Virus record (IMG/VR): IMGVR_UViG_3300046791_000458
Coordinates: 1 to 55,067 of that record
Length of the DNA: 55,067 nucleotides
Origin: a virus
Lineage: Duplodnaviria; Caudoviricetes
Direction: 5' to 3' (one strand)
This document shows, piece by piece, positions 24,529 through 33,675 of the stretch. How positions within the stretch are numbered: position 1 is the first letter of the stretch; the number at the start of each line of letters is the position of its first letter. The translations under genes and the position numbers were made by a program. The notes under the pieces were generated by a model. It did no database searches. It had not been told where the DNA came from and saw nothing but the letters and a program-made list of their open reading frames with translations.

Positions 24529-25290
24529 TTAGTTGTCGTCGTCGTCCCGGGAATCTCTCGATTCGTAGTCGGCGTCGATCTCGGTCGCGTGCAGCAGGGC
24601 CTGCATCTGGGCCTGGTAGGGGGCGAGCGCCGCCCGCTCGGCCTCGTTGAAGCGTTGCCCGCCGCCAAAGACTACGCGGGCGAAGTCGATGCCGTCGGCG
24701 TTACTGACGCGCTCCAGGCGCAGGTTGGTGACCAGGCCCCAGTAGGGCATGCGGTAGTCGGTCAGGCGGCGGAAATATTCGCCGGTGCCCTTGAGCGAGG
24801 TGGGCGGGATGGTGACCATCTCCGGCAGAATGTGGTCGGCGCGCAGGAAGAGCAGGCGCCGCACCTGCTTGCAGGCCTGGCCGCGGCCACCTTTGGGGTC
24901 GCTGCCCCATTCGGCCATGGGGCAGCGGCGGCACTCGCCGCCCGGATCGCCGACGCCGTAGAAGCCGTCCTTGCTGGTGCAGTCGGGCGGTCCGGCCTTT
25001 CCCTTGCGCTCGGCAAAGGGCACCTTGTAGTAGACACGGGAGTCGGTCCAGGCGAGCACGATGCCGCTCAGTTCCTTGAAGTTTTCCTCGCCGTCGAGGC
25101 CGGGCACGGCCCAGGTGAGGGCGCCGCCCGAGGGCACCTTGATGCGGTTGAGTTGCATCGGGCTGATGCCGTTCGGTCCGATGTTGCTCTCCAGGACCTG
25201 GCGGATCTCTAGCGCCGTTTCCGGGTTGATGATAGGAAAGCGCGCGGCGAGGGTAGTGATCTCGACGGGCGCGGGCAGATTATCTGGCAT
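24529..25290 (-). CDS. Putative ssDNA-binding/recombination protein
   Basis: RIKVPSGG...PPDC.S.DG..G...C..CP...WGS...G.ACK; acidic tail; next to primase. Confidence 0.6.
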   Translation of the reverse strand: MPDNLPAPVEITTLAARFPIINPETALEIRQVLESNIGPNGISPMQLNRIKVPSGGALTWAVPGLDGEENFKELSGIVLAWTDSRVYYKVPFAERKGKAGPPDCTSKDGFYGVGDPGGECRRCPMAEWGSDPKGGRGQACKQVRRLLFLRADHILPEMVTIPPTSLKGTGEYFRRLTDYRMPYWGLVTNLRLERVSNADGIDFARVVFGGGQRFNEAERAALAPYQAQMQALLHATEIDADYESRDSRDDDDN

Positions 25291-25299
25291 AAGGCTCCT

Positions 25300-25830
25300 T
25301 TATTTCCTTTTGGCCGGCGTGCCCATCAGGGTGACGTCGGTGGTGATGTTGAGGGTGGCGGCCAGCGGGGCGGGCAGCACCGCGCTGACGTCGGGGATTT
25401 CGCCGGAAGTGATGCGGTCGATGTTGTCGCGCTCCAGCTCGCGCACATGGGCGCTGAAGCTGCTGACGTTGAAGGTGTCATGCACGAAGTGGTCGAAGCC
25501 GGTGGCGCGCATGGCGGCGCAGGCCTGCGGTGTCATGTCTTTTTTGGCGCGCGCCCACAACTGGCGCCGGATGAAAAGCGTGGTGTCGCCGATGGTGATC
25601 TTGGGCAGGTCGCGCTGGGAAAAGTAGCCGGCCACCAGCGGCTGCAGGCGGCTCAGTTCGTCGGTGACGTCTTTCAATTCCCGGGTAAGCGAGGCCTTCA
25701 GCTTGATCAACTGTACGGCGCGGGCGAAGGTGGGCCATTCGGGAGAGTCCGTGGGCATCTCGGGAGGCAGTGCAGCCTCCTCCGGCGGAAAATAGAAATC
25801 TTCTTCAGCGAGAAACGGGTCGGGTTGCAT
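25300..25830 (-). CDS. Conserved phage replication-module protein (coiled coil plus alpha/beta domain)
   Basis: Position between helicase and SSB-like gene; AGGAG RBS. Confidence 0.7.
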   Translation of the reverse strand: MQPDPFLAEEDFYFPPEEAALPPEMPTDSPEWPTFARAVQLIKLKASLTRELKDVTDELSRLQPLVAGYFSQRDLPKITIGDTTLFIRRQLWARAKKDMTPQACAAMRATGFDHFVHDTFNVSSFSAHVRELERDNIDRITSGEIPDVSAVLPAPLAATLNITTDVTLMGTPAKRK

Positions 25831-27223
25831 GTGATTTCAACTCCTTCAAAACGCTCTCCACCAGGTCCCATCGGTTTTCGAGCGCCCGCAAAATAACGTC
25901 GTCGATGGTGTCGCGGATGAGCAGGTGGTAATAGGTCACCGGGCGGGTTTGCCCGGCGCGGTGGATGCGGGCGCGAGACTGCACGTAATCGGAAAGTTTG
26001 GAGCCGACCGAGTAGTAGACGGCATAGCGGGCGCGGGTCAGGTCCTGGCCTTCGCTGGCGACGCTGATCTGGGCGGCGAGCACGTTGGCCTGGCCGCTTT
26101 TCCAGATCTCAATGCCGTGTTTGGACTGGCCGCTGACCACGGCGCAGGTGTGGCCGGTGCGTTTGCAGGCGCGCTCGATGGCGGCCAGGTCGGGCAGGAA
26201 GCGGGCGAAGATGACGGTGGGCTCGTCCCGCGGCAGGTCTTCCAGCCAGTCGGCGAGCAGCTCCTCCTTGGCGGTGTCGACGTTGTGGAAGGCGCCGGTG
26301 TCGTCCTTGAGGGTGCCGCCGGTGAGCTGTTGCAGGCGGAGGTAGAGCACCAGCGCGTTGGCCACGGTGATCTCCTCCTCCGGGGCCTCGCCCAGCCAGG
26401 CGATAAACTCGTTCTCCAGCTGGTCGTAGATCCGGCGGCCCTGGCGCGAGAGGTCGGCGTGCAGGGCCTGGTCCATCTCCGGCGGCAGATCGGGCAGGGC
26501 CTCGGCCTTGGTGACCCGGAAGGCGATCTGGTAGAAGCGCCGGTTGAAGTCGGCCTCCTCGCGGAACCCCTTAACCACGCGGTTCTGGAAGCCGCCGAAA
26601 ACGCCGTAGCGGGTCTTGAAGCTCCAGTAGGTGGCGTCGTAGACGCTGGGATCGAGGAAGCGGTACTGCGCCCAGGCATCGAGCAGAGAGTGGGGCAGCG
26701 GCGTGCCGCTCAGGCCCAGGCGGCGCCGGGCGCGCTGCGCCAGGCGGCCCATGTAGCGCGAGATCTTGCCGGCGGGCGCCTTCAGGCGGTGGACCTCGTC
26801 GGCGATGATCAGTGGCCAGGCGGTGTTCAAGGCCCAGCTGGCGAAGGGTTCCAGGCGTACGCTCTCGTAGTTGATGGCCAGGATGCAGACCCGCTGGTTG
26901 ATGCGCGCCTGGGCCACGGCCTGGGCCGCGAGCCTGGCCTTGTCGGCCACGCTGCCGGCGCGCTCGTCGAGGGCGTGGAAGGTATAAGGGAAGCCGGCGT
27001 GTTGTTGTAGCTGATAGCGCCAGACCTCGACCACGCGCATGGGGCAGACGATCAGCACCAGGCGGATGCCCAGGGCCTCAATCAGGTCGATGGCGAGCTT
27101 GGTCTTGCCCGAGCCCATGGCCATGGCCAGCATCACGCCGGGGAGTCCCGCGGCCCAGATTTTTAGAGCAAAAGCCTTCCCCGCCAGCTGGTGTTGCCAG
27201 CTGGTGCGCCGTTCGCCGCTCAT
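25805..27223 (-). CDS. SNF2-family (SF2) helicase
   Basis: MGSGKT, DEVH, LSGTP, QSRARIHRAGQ; alternative start at 27232. Confidence 0.93.
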   Translation of the reverse strand: MSGERRTSWQHQLAGKAFALKIWAAGLPGVMLAMAMGSGKTKLAIDLIEALGIRLVLIVCPMRVVEVWRYQLQQHAGFPYTFHALDERAGSVADKARLAAQAVAQARINQRVCILAINYESVRLEPFASWALNTAWPLIIADEVHRLKAPAGKISRYMGRLAQRARRRLGLSGTPLPHSLLDAWAQYRFLDPSVYDATYWSFKTRYGVFGGFQNRVVKGFREEADFNRRFYQIAFRVTKAEALPDLPPEMDQALHADLSRQGRRIYDQLENEFIAWLGEAPEEEITVANALVLYLRLQQLTGGTLKDDTGAFHNVDTAKEELLADWLEDLPRDEPTVIFARFLPDLAAIERACKRTGHTCAVVSGQSKHGIEIWKSGQANVLAAQISVASEGQDLTRARYAVYYSVGSKLSDYVQSRARIHRAGQTRPVTYYHLLIRDTIDDVILRALENRWDLVESVLKELKSHATRPVSR

Positions 27224-27501
27224 TAGACACACGTCTCCCGCATCGCCAGGCGCAGGAGTCTTTCTTAGGATTTAGAGAGCCTTCGTTTCATCGTTGGAAA
27301 CCGGCCTGTCCAGGGCCAGTTACCCAACGCGCAAGCCAATCATATGCCCCCGCCCGCGGCTTGTAAACCACCTTGTAACTGGCTTTGGGCATTCTCGTAC
27401 CACTTACAGCTAACCCTTTTGCCGTGAACAACATGGCAACGATCCAGTGGTTACTAAGTAACCAGAATATTCGGTAACTTCGCAATTATCGTAAACTTAT
27501 G

Positions 27502-27555
27502 GAAAATCTGGAAAATCTGCATGTTCAGCAAAATCCGAAACATCGTGAAAATCGC
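27502..27555. repeat. Degenerate 9-bp tandem array (consensus near GAAAATCNG) in the divergent intergenic region
   Basis: gaaaatctg gaaaatctg catgttcag caaaatccg aaacatcgt gaaaatcgc. Confidence 0.65.
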
Positions 27556-27655
27556 AAAGTTTAAGATCAGCTGTAAGTTCTGACAAGCGACCGCGGCCAC
27601 TTACTACACTTGACACGCAGGGTTTGTATAATGCAAGCACCGACGGCGGGTAGCC

Positions 27656-27808
27656 ATGAACAAACAACGACGCCAGGAAAAGGTCCATACCGTGATGAGC
27701 GAGTTCAAGCGCGGAGCCCTGCACAGCGGCTCCAAGCGCGGACCGCAGGTGAAAAATCGCAAGCAGGCCGTGGCTATCGCCATGAGTGAAGCACGCAAGG
27801 CGAAATAG
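27656..27808 (+). CDS. DUF6496-like small basic protein (50 aa; not in ORF track)
   Basis: KVHTVMSEFKRGALHSGSKRGPQVKNRKQAVAIAMSEAR; TAGTG coupling to next gene. Confidence 0.85.
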   Translation: MNKQRRQEKVHTVMSEFKRGALHSGSKRGPQVKNRKQAVAIAMSEARKAK

Positions 27809-28485
27809 TGTTTCCAACCTTCGATGTGGCTGAAATTGCGGAGGAAGCTGCCGAGCGCGCCGGTGTGGAGTTCCGCTCTGGCTACATACTCCGCAGTGCG
27901 CGCCGTTCCATCGAGCTGTTGAGTATCGAGTGGGGCAACCGCGGGCTCAACCTCTGGACCGTCGAGCAGGGGACTATCGACCTGCGCGAGGGCATCGAAG
28001 AGTACGACCTGCCCGACGACACCATCGACCTGATTGAGCACAACCTGCGCTACTGGAGCCAGGACACCAACGAGCCAAAGGACTACCCGCTGGCGCGCAT
28101 GTCGATCTCGCAGTACACGGCGATCCCGGCCAAGCTCAGTAGCGGGCGGCCCACCATGATCCACATTAAGCGCCGCATCCACCCGAGCTTTCTGTTGTGG
28201 GCGGTGCCGGACCGCAACAGCTACTACCAGGTGGCCTACTCGCGGCTGCGCCGTATGGCGAGCGTGGGCTCTGGCGGCGCCGGCCAGCCCGAGCTGCCCT
28301 TCCGTTTCGTGCCCGCCATGATCGCGGGCGTGGCCTTGTACCTGGCGCTCAAGAGTACCGACCCGGGGGCGCAACAGCGCGTGCCGATTTTGAAGGCCGC
28401 CTATGAAGAGCAGTTCATGCTGGCGAGCGACGAGGATCGCGACCGCGCCAGTATCCGGTGGGTGCCCTGGAGCTATCGAATCTGA
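27808..28485 (+). CDS. Virion structural protein, probable head-tail adaptor (P22 gp4-like)
   Basis: EEA.ER.G...RSGY.LRSARRS..LL..EW.NRGLNLWT...GRP...PFRF.P....G.A.YL. Confidence 0.7.
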   Translation: MFPTFDVAEIAEEAAERAGVEFRSGYILRSARRSIELLSIEWGNRGLNLWTVEQGTIDLREGIEEYDLPDDTIDLIEHNLRYWSQDTNEPKDYPLARMSISQYTAIPAKLSSGRPTMIHIKRRIHPSFLLWAVPDRNSYYQVAYSRLRRMASVGSGGAGQPELPFRFVPAMIAGVALYLALKSTDPGAQQRVPILKAAYEEQFMLASDEDRDRASIRWVPWSYRI

Positions 28486-28800
28486 ATGCCGAGCGCCGCT
28501 AAATTCGCTACCGGGAAGTACGCTTACCGGATCTGTGATATCTGCGGCGTCTCCAACCACTATCACGAGCTGCGCCCGACTACCGTGCGCGGCAAACCCA
28601 CGGGCCTCCTGGCCTGCCCCATCTGCTGGGATCTGGACCATCCGCAGAATTTTCTGCCCGATGTGGTCCACATGGACGCCGAGGCGCTGATCGACGCGCG
28701 TCCCGAGGACGATTACAGAAGCCGCATCCTGCCGCACTGGCGGCCCTGCGATGCACTGCCGGTGGGCGTGGCCCTCGGCCAGGTGGAGGTATTGACGTGA
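28486..28800 (+). CDS. Conserved CxxC..CxxC protein of the virion module
   Basis: FATGKYA..ICDICG...CPICWD.DHPQ...D..AL...RP. Confidence 0.75.
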   Translation: MPSAAKFATGKYAYRICDICGVSNHYHELRPTTVRGKPTGLLACPICWDLDHPQNFLPDVVHMDAEALIDARPEDDYRSRILPHWRPCDALPVGVALGQVEVLT

Positions 28801-30815
28801 GCAAGCGATACATCGCAGTGGGCGCCCACAAGCGCGCGTTCCCCAAGCGGAAATTCAAAGACGGCGGCGCGGCCTCGGGGCGCCCGGATCTGGACATCCT
28901 GGCGAAGCAGGGGCTATCGCCCGAGAAGGCGCCAGGTATGCCGCCGCGGATTCGCGGGGAGCAGGTGCTTGGGTCGCACTCTGACGTGGACTCTGGCGCC
29001 GGTGTTAGCGAGGGCAACACGGTTATGCGCGCGACCGGCGACTCGACTCGTTCGGGCGAAGGCAAGCCGTCGGTGTTGGCGGAAATGGTGAATCGTTCCG
29101 CGGACCGTGTACAGGGTGCGCATGACCAGGCGCGCGCAACTGCTGCGCGAGGCGCCAGGCGGTTTTCCGACGGCGGTGCCTTTGCCGGCGGCGGCTCTAC
29201 CAGCCGCATCGGCGAGTACGGCTTCGATCCGCTCTCTGACGGTATGGCGGAAGGCGAGCCGGGCATGGCGTCTTCCGTTGCCTCTGGAGCCACCGCCCAG
29301 GCTCCTTATGCCAAGCCGATCTCAGTCGGCGGAGCTACCGCGGGTTCTCGCGCGCCTGCCCCGAGTAACGCGCCGGCACCACCCAAGCCATTCGACTGGA
29401 AGGCAGTGGCCACTGCGGCAGGGGAGGCCACGCCTGGTATCGGTACGTTGGCCGGCGTCGGCGGGGCCTTGCTCGGCGCTTATCTGAAAAAGCGCGCGGC
29501 GACCAAGAATGCCGAGCACGAGGCCAAGACGAGAGAGCTTGCCGATCTGCCGATGACGAAGCCGCCCCATGGTGGGTATACGGGCTTGGAAGGGATCAAT
29601 GCTCCTTCTGGCGGCGGTGGCGGCAGCGGTGACGGCGGTAGTAGCGACGGCGGCAGTGACGGCAGCGAGTACGACTCAGACTACGGTATGGGTGTTTTCG
29701 CTGGCGGCGGCGGCGATGATAGCGGCGATTCCGACGAGATATTTCGCCCGTTTGCCAAAGGAGGAGAAGTGGGACCATCGAATTCCGATCCACGGCGCGC
29801 GCGGCCTATGCGGCCTCCGCGGCCTACGACACCCGGCGCGGGTGGGCCGCCCATGGGCATGATGCCGGGTGGTCCGCCTCCGGGCGGCCCGCCGATGGGC
29901 GGCCTGCCTCCTGGTCCGCCTCCGGGCGCTTTGCCGCCGGGTCCGCCTCCAGGCCTGCCCCCTGGAGCGTCGCTTGGCGCTTTGCCGCCCGGAGGTCCGC
30001 CTCCGGGTCCGCCTCCAGGCCTGCCGCCCGGCGGTCCGCCTCCTGGGGCTCCCATGGGCGCCATGCCTCCCGGTCCGATGCCTGGCGGCCCGCCTCCCGG
30101 TCCGCCTCCTGGCCCGCCGCCAGGCCCGCCCCCTGGCCCGCCGCCAGGTCCGCCGCCGGGTCCGCCGCCAGGCCCACCTCCAGGCCCACCTCCAGGCCCG
30201 CCGCCAGGCCCGCCGCCAGCGGCGGCTATGGGTCCGATGGCCGGTCCGCCTCCCGGCGTCGATCCGCGAGTGGCCCAGGCCCTGGCGCAGCGCGCTGCCT
30301 TAGCTGGCGCAGCTCCTCCGGGCATGGCCAAGGGCGGCGCGGTCGCGGTGGACGGTGAAGAGACGCCGCGCGCCAAGACCAGGCCCGACCGGCAGTGGGG
30401 TAACGTCGGCAAGGCCGCCGAGGATCTGCCGCCCGCGGTCGAGAAGAAGAAGAAGGGTGGCGTCATCAAGCGCCGGCCCACTTCCAAAAAGAAGATGGCC
30501 AAGGGCGAGAAGTTGCCGGTGCCCATGGTGACCGACGAGGACATGGGGGCGCCGCCGGTGCGGACCGCCATGGCGGGTCCGCCTTCGCTACCGACGGCGA
30601 TGCCCGCAGGCCCGGCTCCGCCGCCGCCCATGCCGCCGCCGGCTATGGCCAAGGGCGGGGAATGTAAGGCCATGGCCGCCGGGGGTGTGGCTAAACTGCG
30701 ACGCGGGTATCCCAAGACCAATGGCAAGGCCAAGGTCAAAAAGATGGCCAAGGGCGGCGGCGTGCGCGGCTGCGGCGCGGCCACCAAGGGTAAGGGCTTT
30801 AGCGGGATCTACTGA
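28797..30815 (+). CDS. Low-complexity Gly/Pro-rich putative internal virion protein with repeated (M/F)xxGG motifs
   Basis: FKDGG, FSDGG, FAKGG, MAKGG x3, MAAGG; (GPPP)11; C-terminal RGCGAATKGKGFSGIY. Confidence 0.7.
   Translation: MSKRYIAVGAHKRAFPKRKFKDGGAASGRPDLDILAKQGLSPEKAPGMPPRIRGEQVLGSHSDVDSGAGVSEGNTVMRATGDSTRSGEGKPSVLAEMVNRSADRVQGAHDQARATAARGARRFSDGGAFAGGGSTSRIGEYGFDPLSDGMAEGEPGMASSVASGATAQAPYAKPISVGGATAGSRAPAPSNAPAPPKPFDWKAVATAAGEATPGIGTLAGVGGALLGAYLKKRAATKNAEHEAKTRELADLPMTKPPHGGYTGLEGINAPSGGGGGSGDGGSSDGGSDGSEYDSDYGMGVFAGGGGDDSGDSDEIFRPFAKGGEVGPSNSDPRRARPMRPPRPTTPGAGGPPMGMMPGGPPPGGPPMGGLPPGPPPGALPPGPPPGLPPGASLGALPPGGPPPGPPPGLPPGGPPPGAPMGAMPPGPMPGGPPPGPPPGPPPGPPPGPPPGPPPGPPPGPPPGPPPGPPPGPPPAAAMGPMAGPPPGVDPRVAQALAQRAALAGAAPPGMAKGGAVAVDGEETPRAKTRPDRQWGNVGKAAEDLPPAVEKKKKGGVIKRRPTSKKKMAKGEKLPVPMVTDEDMGAPPVRTAMAGPPSLPTAMPAGPAPPPPMPPPAMAKGGECKAMAAGGVAKLRRGYPKTNGKAKVKKMAKGGGVRGCGAATKGKGFSGIY
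30087..30218 (+). repeat. Eleven 12-bp coding repeats encoding (GPPP)11
   Basis: Synonymously diversified units such as ggcccgcctccc, ggtccgcctcct, ggcccgccgcca, ggcccacctcca. Confidence 0.95.
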
Positions 30816-31453
30816 TGGACTACGTGCGATTGAGGGCCGCGATCCAGGAGTACAGCGAAGACTTCGAAGCTTCCTTCGTGGATAACGTCGATATCTTCAT
30901 CCGCCTGGCGGAGTCGCGGATTCTGTTGCGCGTGCGCCTGCCCAATTTCCGCAAAGATGTCACCGGTTCCATCCTGCTGGGCGAGAACCTGATTGCCTCG
31001 CCCAGCGATTTCCTGGCGCCGGATTCCATGATGCTGAACGAAGTCACGGCCATCAATCCGCGGCGCAGCATCCTGCTGAACAAAGACCCGGAGTTTTTGC
31101 GCGAGTACTGTCCGCCGGGCACGCTGGGCCTGCCGCGGTTTTACTCCATGGTCAACGAGAGATCGCTCGTCGTCGCGCCTGGCGCCGACGCCGATTATGC
31201 GGTGGACATGGCCTACTTTTTTGAGCCGCCCTCCATCGTGGACTCCGGCACCAGCTGGCTGGGGGATCACTTCTCTCATGCCCTGCTATCCGGCAGCCTG
31301 GTCGAGGCCTGCACCTACATGAAGACCGAGGACAACCTTTACGTGCGCTATAACCAGGCCTTCGAACGGGACCTGGCGATGGATGAGAAGTACGCCAAGG
31401 GCCGGACCAAGAAGGACACCTACCAGGAGCCCGACGTGAGGATGAAGGTATGA
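30815..31453 (+). CDS. Head-tail adaptor/connector protein
   Basis: Y..L..AI..Y.E...FI.LAE.RI...RK...P.DFL...G.P.FY...TSWLG....ALL.GSLVEA..YMK. Confidence 0.72.
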   Translation: MDYVRLRAAIQEYSEDFEASFVDNVDIFIRLAESRILLRVRLPNFRKDVTGSILLGENLIASPSDFLAPDSMMLNEVTAINPRRSILLNKDPEFLREYCPPGTLGLPRFYSMVNERSLVVAPGADADYAVDMAYFFEPPSIVDSGTSWLGDHFSHALLSGSLVEACTYMKTEDNLYVRYNQAFERDLAMDEKYAKGRTKKDTYQEPDVRMKV

Positions 31454-31875
31454 TCACGGCCTCGGTAGTCTGCTCCAGCTTCAAGCGCGAGCTGCTCGAA
31501 AAGCGCCACGATTTCCTGGCGGACGTTTTCCGTATCGCGCTCTATGGGGCCGCGGCGCCGCTCGACAGTAATACCACGGCCTATCTCACCGAGGGTGAGA
31601 TCGTGGGCCTGGGCTACGCCGCCGGCGGCAAGGACCTGGTCAACGCCCAGGTACTGCTCGACCCGGCGGCCCGGATCGCTTATGCCACCTTCGACGATCC
31701 CAGCTGGGCCGATTCGGTGATCGTCGCGCGCGGGGCCTTGATTTACAACCAGACCGCGCAACAGCGGGCCGTGGCCGTGCTCGATTTCGGGGTGGATCGG
31801 ACGTCGAACCACGGCCCGTTCACCGTGCAGTTCCCACCGCCGGGACCGACAACGGCGCTGATACGGATCTTTTAA
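31450..31875 (+). CDS. Conserved virion/tail structural protein
   Basis: C.SFK.ELL...HDF..D.F.IALY...GY.AGG..L...ARGALIYN...AV.VLDFG. Confidence 0.72.
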   Translation: MITASVVCSSFKRELLEKRHDFLADVFRIALYGAAAPLDSNTTAYLTEGEIVGLGYAAGGKDLVNAQVLLDPAARIAYATFDDPSWADSVIVARGALIYNQTAQQRAVAVLDFGVDRTSNHGPFTVQFPPPGPTTALIRIF

Positions 31876-32075
31876 TGGCAGACACTGACGCCACGCTCGG
31901 AGTGACCATCCCCATCGTGATGCCGACGCTGTACTGCGCCGTGGGCCAGGTGATCGTGGCCAGCCTCTGGAGCCCGGTGCGCCCGCGCATCCATCTCTGG
32001 CGCACGCCCAAGCCGGTCCGCAGCCATCCCTGGAAGACCACGCAGCTGCCGGATGCACGCTCAGGAGGATTCTAA
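31875..32075 (+). CDS. Hypothetical protein (66 aa)
   Basis: TAATG coupling; ends immediately before next gene. Confidence 0.55.
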   Translation: MADTDATLGVTIPIVMPTLYCAVGQVIVASLWSPVRPRIHLWRTPKPVRSHPWKTTQLPDARSGGF

Positions 32076-33668
32076 ATGCCGTCAACTTGGACCGACAACC
32101 TGGGCCTGGAAAAGCCGGCCACCGGCGAGCAGGCCGGCGTCTGGGGAAACATCGTCAACAACAGCTACGACTTTCTGGATGACGGCATCGACGGCAACGT
32201 AAGCATCCCAATGTCGGCCTCGTCCTACGACCTGCTGACCAACCCGGGCGCGCCCTCTCTCGCGCGCAACAAGGTCATCATCTTCACCGGTGCGATCAGC
32301 CAGAACGGCACGGTTCGGATTCTGCCCAATAGCGCGGCCAAGATTTACTTCGTCACCAACAAGACCGATGGCGGATTCTCGCTGACGTTTACGCAGGGCA
32401 CCGGCCCGGGTTTCACGTTGACCAATGGCCGCTCGGCGATCATCTTCGCGCAGGGTATCGGCGGCGCTTCCGGCGTGGCCGGTGTGCTGAATGACCTGCA
32501 GGTGAACTCGCTCCTAGTGCAGGCCAACCTGATTGTGCAGGGCCAGGTGCAGTGGCAGGTGCCGACGATTTTCAACCAGCCTGCGACCTTCCAGGGCCTG
32601 GCAACTTTCACGGCTGGCTGTTCCATCACTGCGCCGTTGACTCTGACTCTCGGGGCCGATGCGCCCTACGATCTGTATTACCGCTCGCCTGGCGGGCCGG
32701 TGACGCGGCTGGCGATTGGGGCTAACGGGACCGTGTTGGCTTCGGGGCCGTCTGGCTTCCAGTGGGCGACGCTCAACGTCTCGGTTAATATGCCGATTGT
32801 GAACGCTTCCCCATGGGGGGTCTTTTTTGCTAGCGGCTCTGGAACGCTGATCCAGGACGTGAGCATGATTTACTACCCGGGCACGGGTCTGGGAATCGGC
32901 ATACCGCCATCCCGCGCTTTATGCCTGGGCGGCGCGGGCGTCAGTCCATCGATCCAAATGGATAATACCGGCGTTACGCCGGCGGCGCGTACCATCGTCA
33001 TCACCACCAACGGTCTGCTGCGCTGGAGCTTTGGTGCATCTGCCGACACAGAGGTGAATCAAAGTACGCCTGGCGAGGTTGCTGGTAGCAATTTCCAGCT
33101 GTTGAGCTGGAACAACGCCAACACTGTAGGGAAGTATAACTTTTGTTCGTACCGTAGCGGGCGCAGCACTTTTGGTGTTTATAACGATAGCTTCAATTCG
33201 CAGCTCGCGGTAGTCAATACAGTGGCCTCGGATGCCGGGCTGACGGTGGTGGGTGCTGCCAATCAAACCGGCTACCTGCAGAAGTGGACCAATAGTGCCG
33301 GCACTGTCGTGGCCTCGATTGACGTGAACGGCACTCTGTATTTTGCGAACAATCCCTACTTGTCACTGACTCCCCAAAGGCGATTGGAGATCGGTACGCC
33401 GGCTTCGGCTGTTCACCCGGTGGGTACGCTGCACATCGGCAAGGACAACCAGGCAGTGGATTGCAACTGCTGCATCGTGATGGAGAGGGCGACGGTAATC
33501 AGTACTCTGAGCAACGCCCCGGGCGTGATGCGAATTTTGTACACGGGCGCGGGCGCGGGCGGCATCTGCATCGAATTTACGAGTGGCGGCACTACCTATT
33601 ACGCCAGGATGGCCTTCCAGACCGGGGGTACGGGATCTTGGGATTTTGCTACCGTGCCGCTGTTTTAG
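32076..33668 (+). CDS. Tail fibre/spike protein
   Basis: MPST....L.LE..ATGEQAG.WG attachment-type N-terminus; beta-rich G/T/S/N composition. Confidence 0.78.
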   Translation: MPSTWTDNLGLEKPATGEQAGVWGNIVNNSYDFLDDGIDGNVSIPMSASSYDLLTNPGAPSLARNKVIIFTGAISQNGTVRILPNSAAKIYFVTNKTDGGFSLTFTQGTGPGFTLTNGRSAIIFAQGIGGASGVAGVLNDLQVNSLLVQANLIVQGQVQWQVPTIFNQPATFQGLATFTAGCSITAPLTLTLGADAPYDLYYRSPGGPVTRLAIGANGTVLASGPSGFQWATLNVSVNMPIVNASPWGVFFASGSGTLIQDVSMIYYPGTGLGIGIPPSRALCLGGAGVSPSIQMDNTGVTPAARTIVITTNGLLRWSFGASADTEVNQSTPGEVAGSNFQLLSWNNANTVGKYNFCSYRSGRSTFGVYNDSFNSQLAVVNTVASDAGLTVVGAANQTGYLQKWTNSAGTVVASIDVNGTLYFANNPYLSLTPQRRLEIGTPASAVHPVGTLHIGKDNQAVDCNCCIVMERATVISTLSNAPGVMRILYTGAGAGGICIEFTSGGTTYYARMAFQTGGTGSWDFATVPLF

Positions 33669-33675
33669 GTAAGTC

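Noticed and set aside
23089-25212. 707-aa + strand ORF
   Set aside because: Antisense shadow of primase and SSB-like genes, expected in high-GC DNA
25805-27223. Terminase large subunit
   Set aside because: Motifs (DEVH, SGTP, QxxxRxHRxGQ) are SNF2 helicase; no RNase H-like nuclease domain
27610-27632. Perfect TTGACA plus TATAAT promoter
   Set aside because: Spacer is only 11 bp, so the two hexamers cannot act as one canonical sigma70 promoter; TATAAT alone may still be used
30087-30218. Collagen-like repeat
   Set aside because: Period is four residues (GPPP), not Gly-X-Y
29681-30787. Minus-strand (GGGP)n ORF
   Set aside because: Mirror of the (GPPP)n tract; the + strand gene is coupled to its neighbours and has the conserved C-terminus
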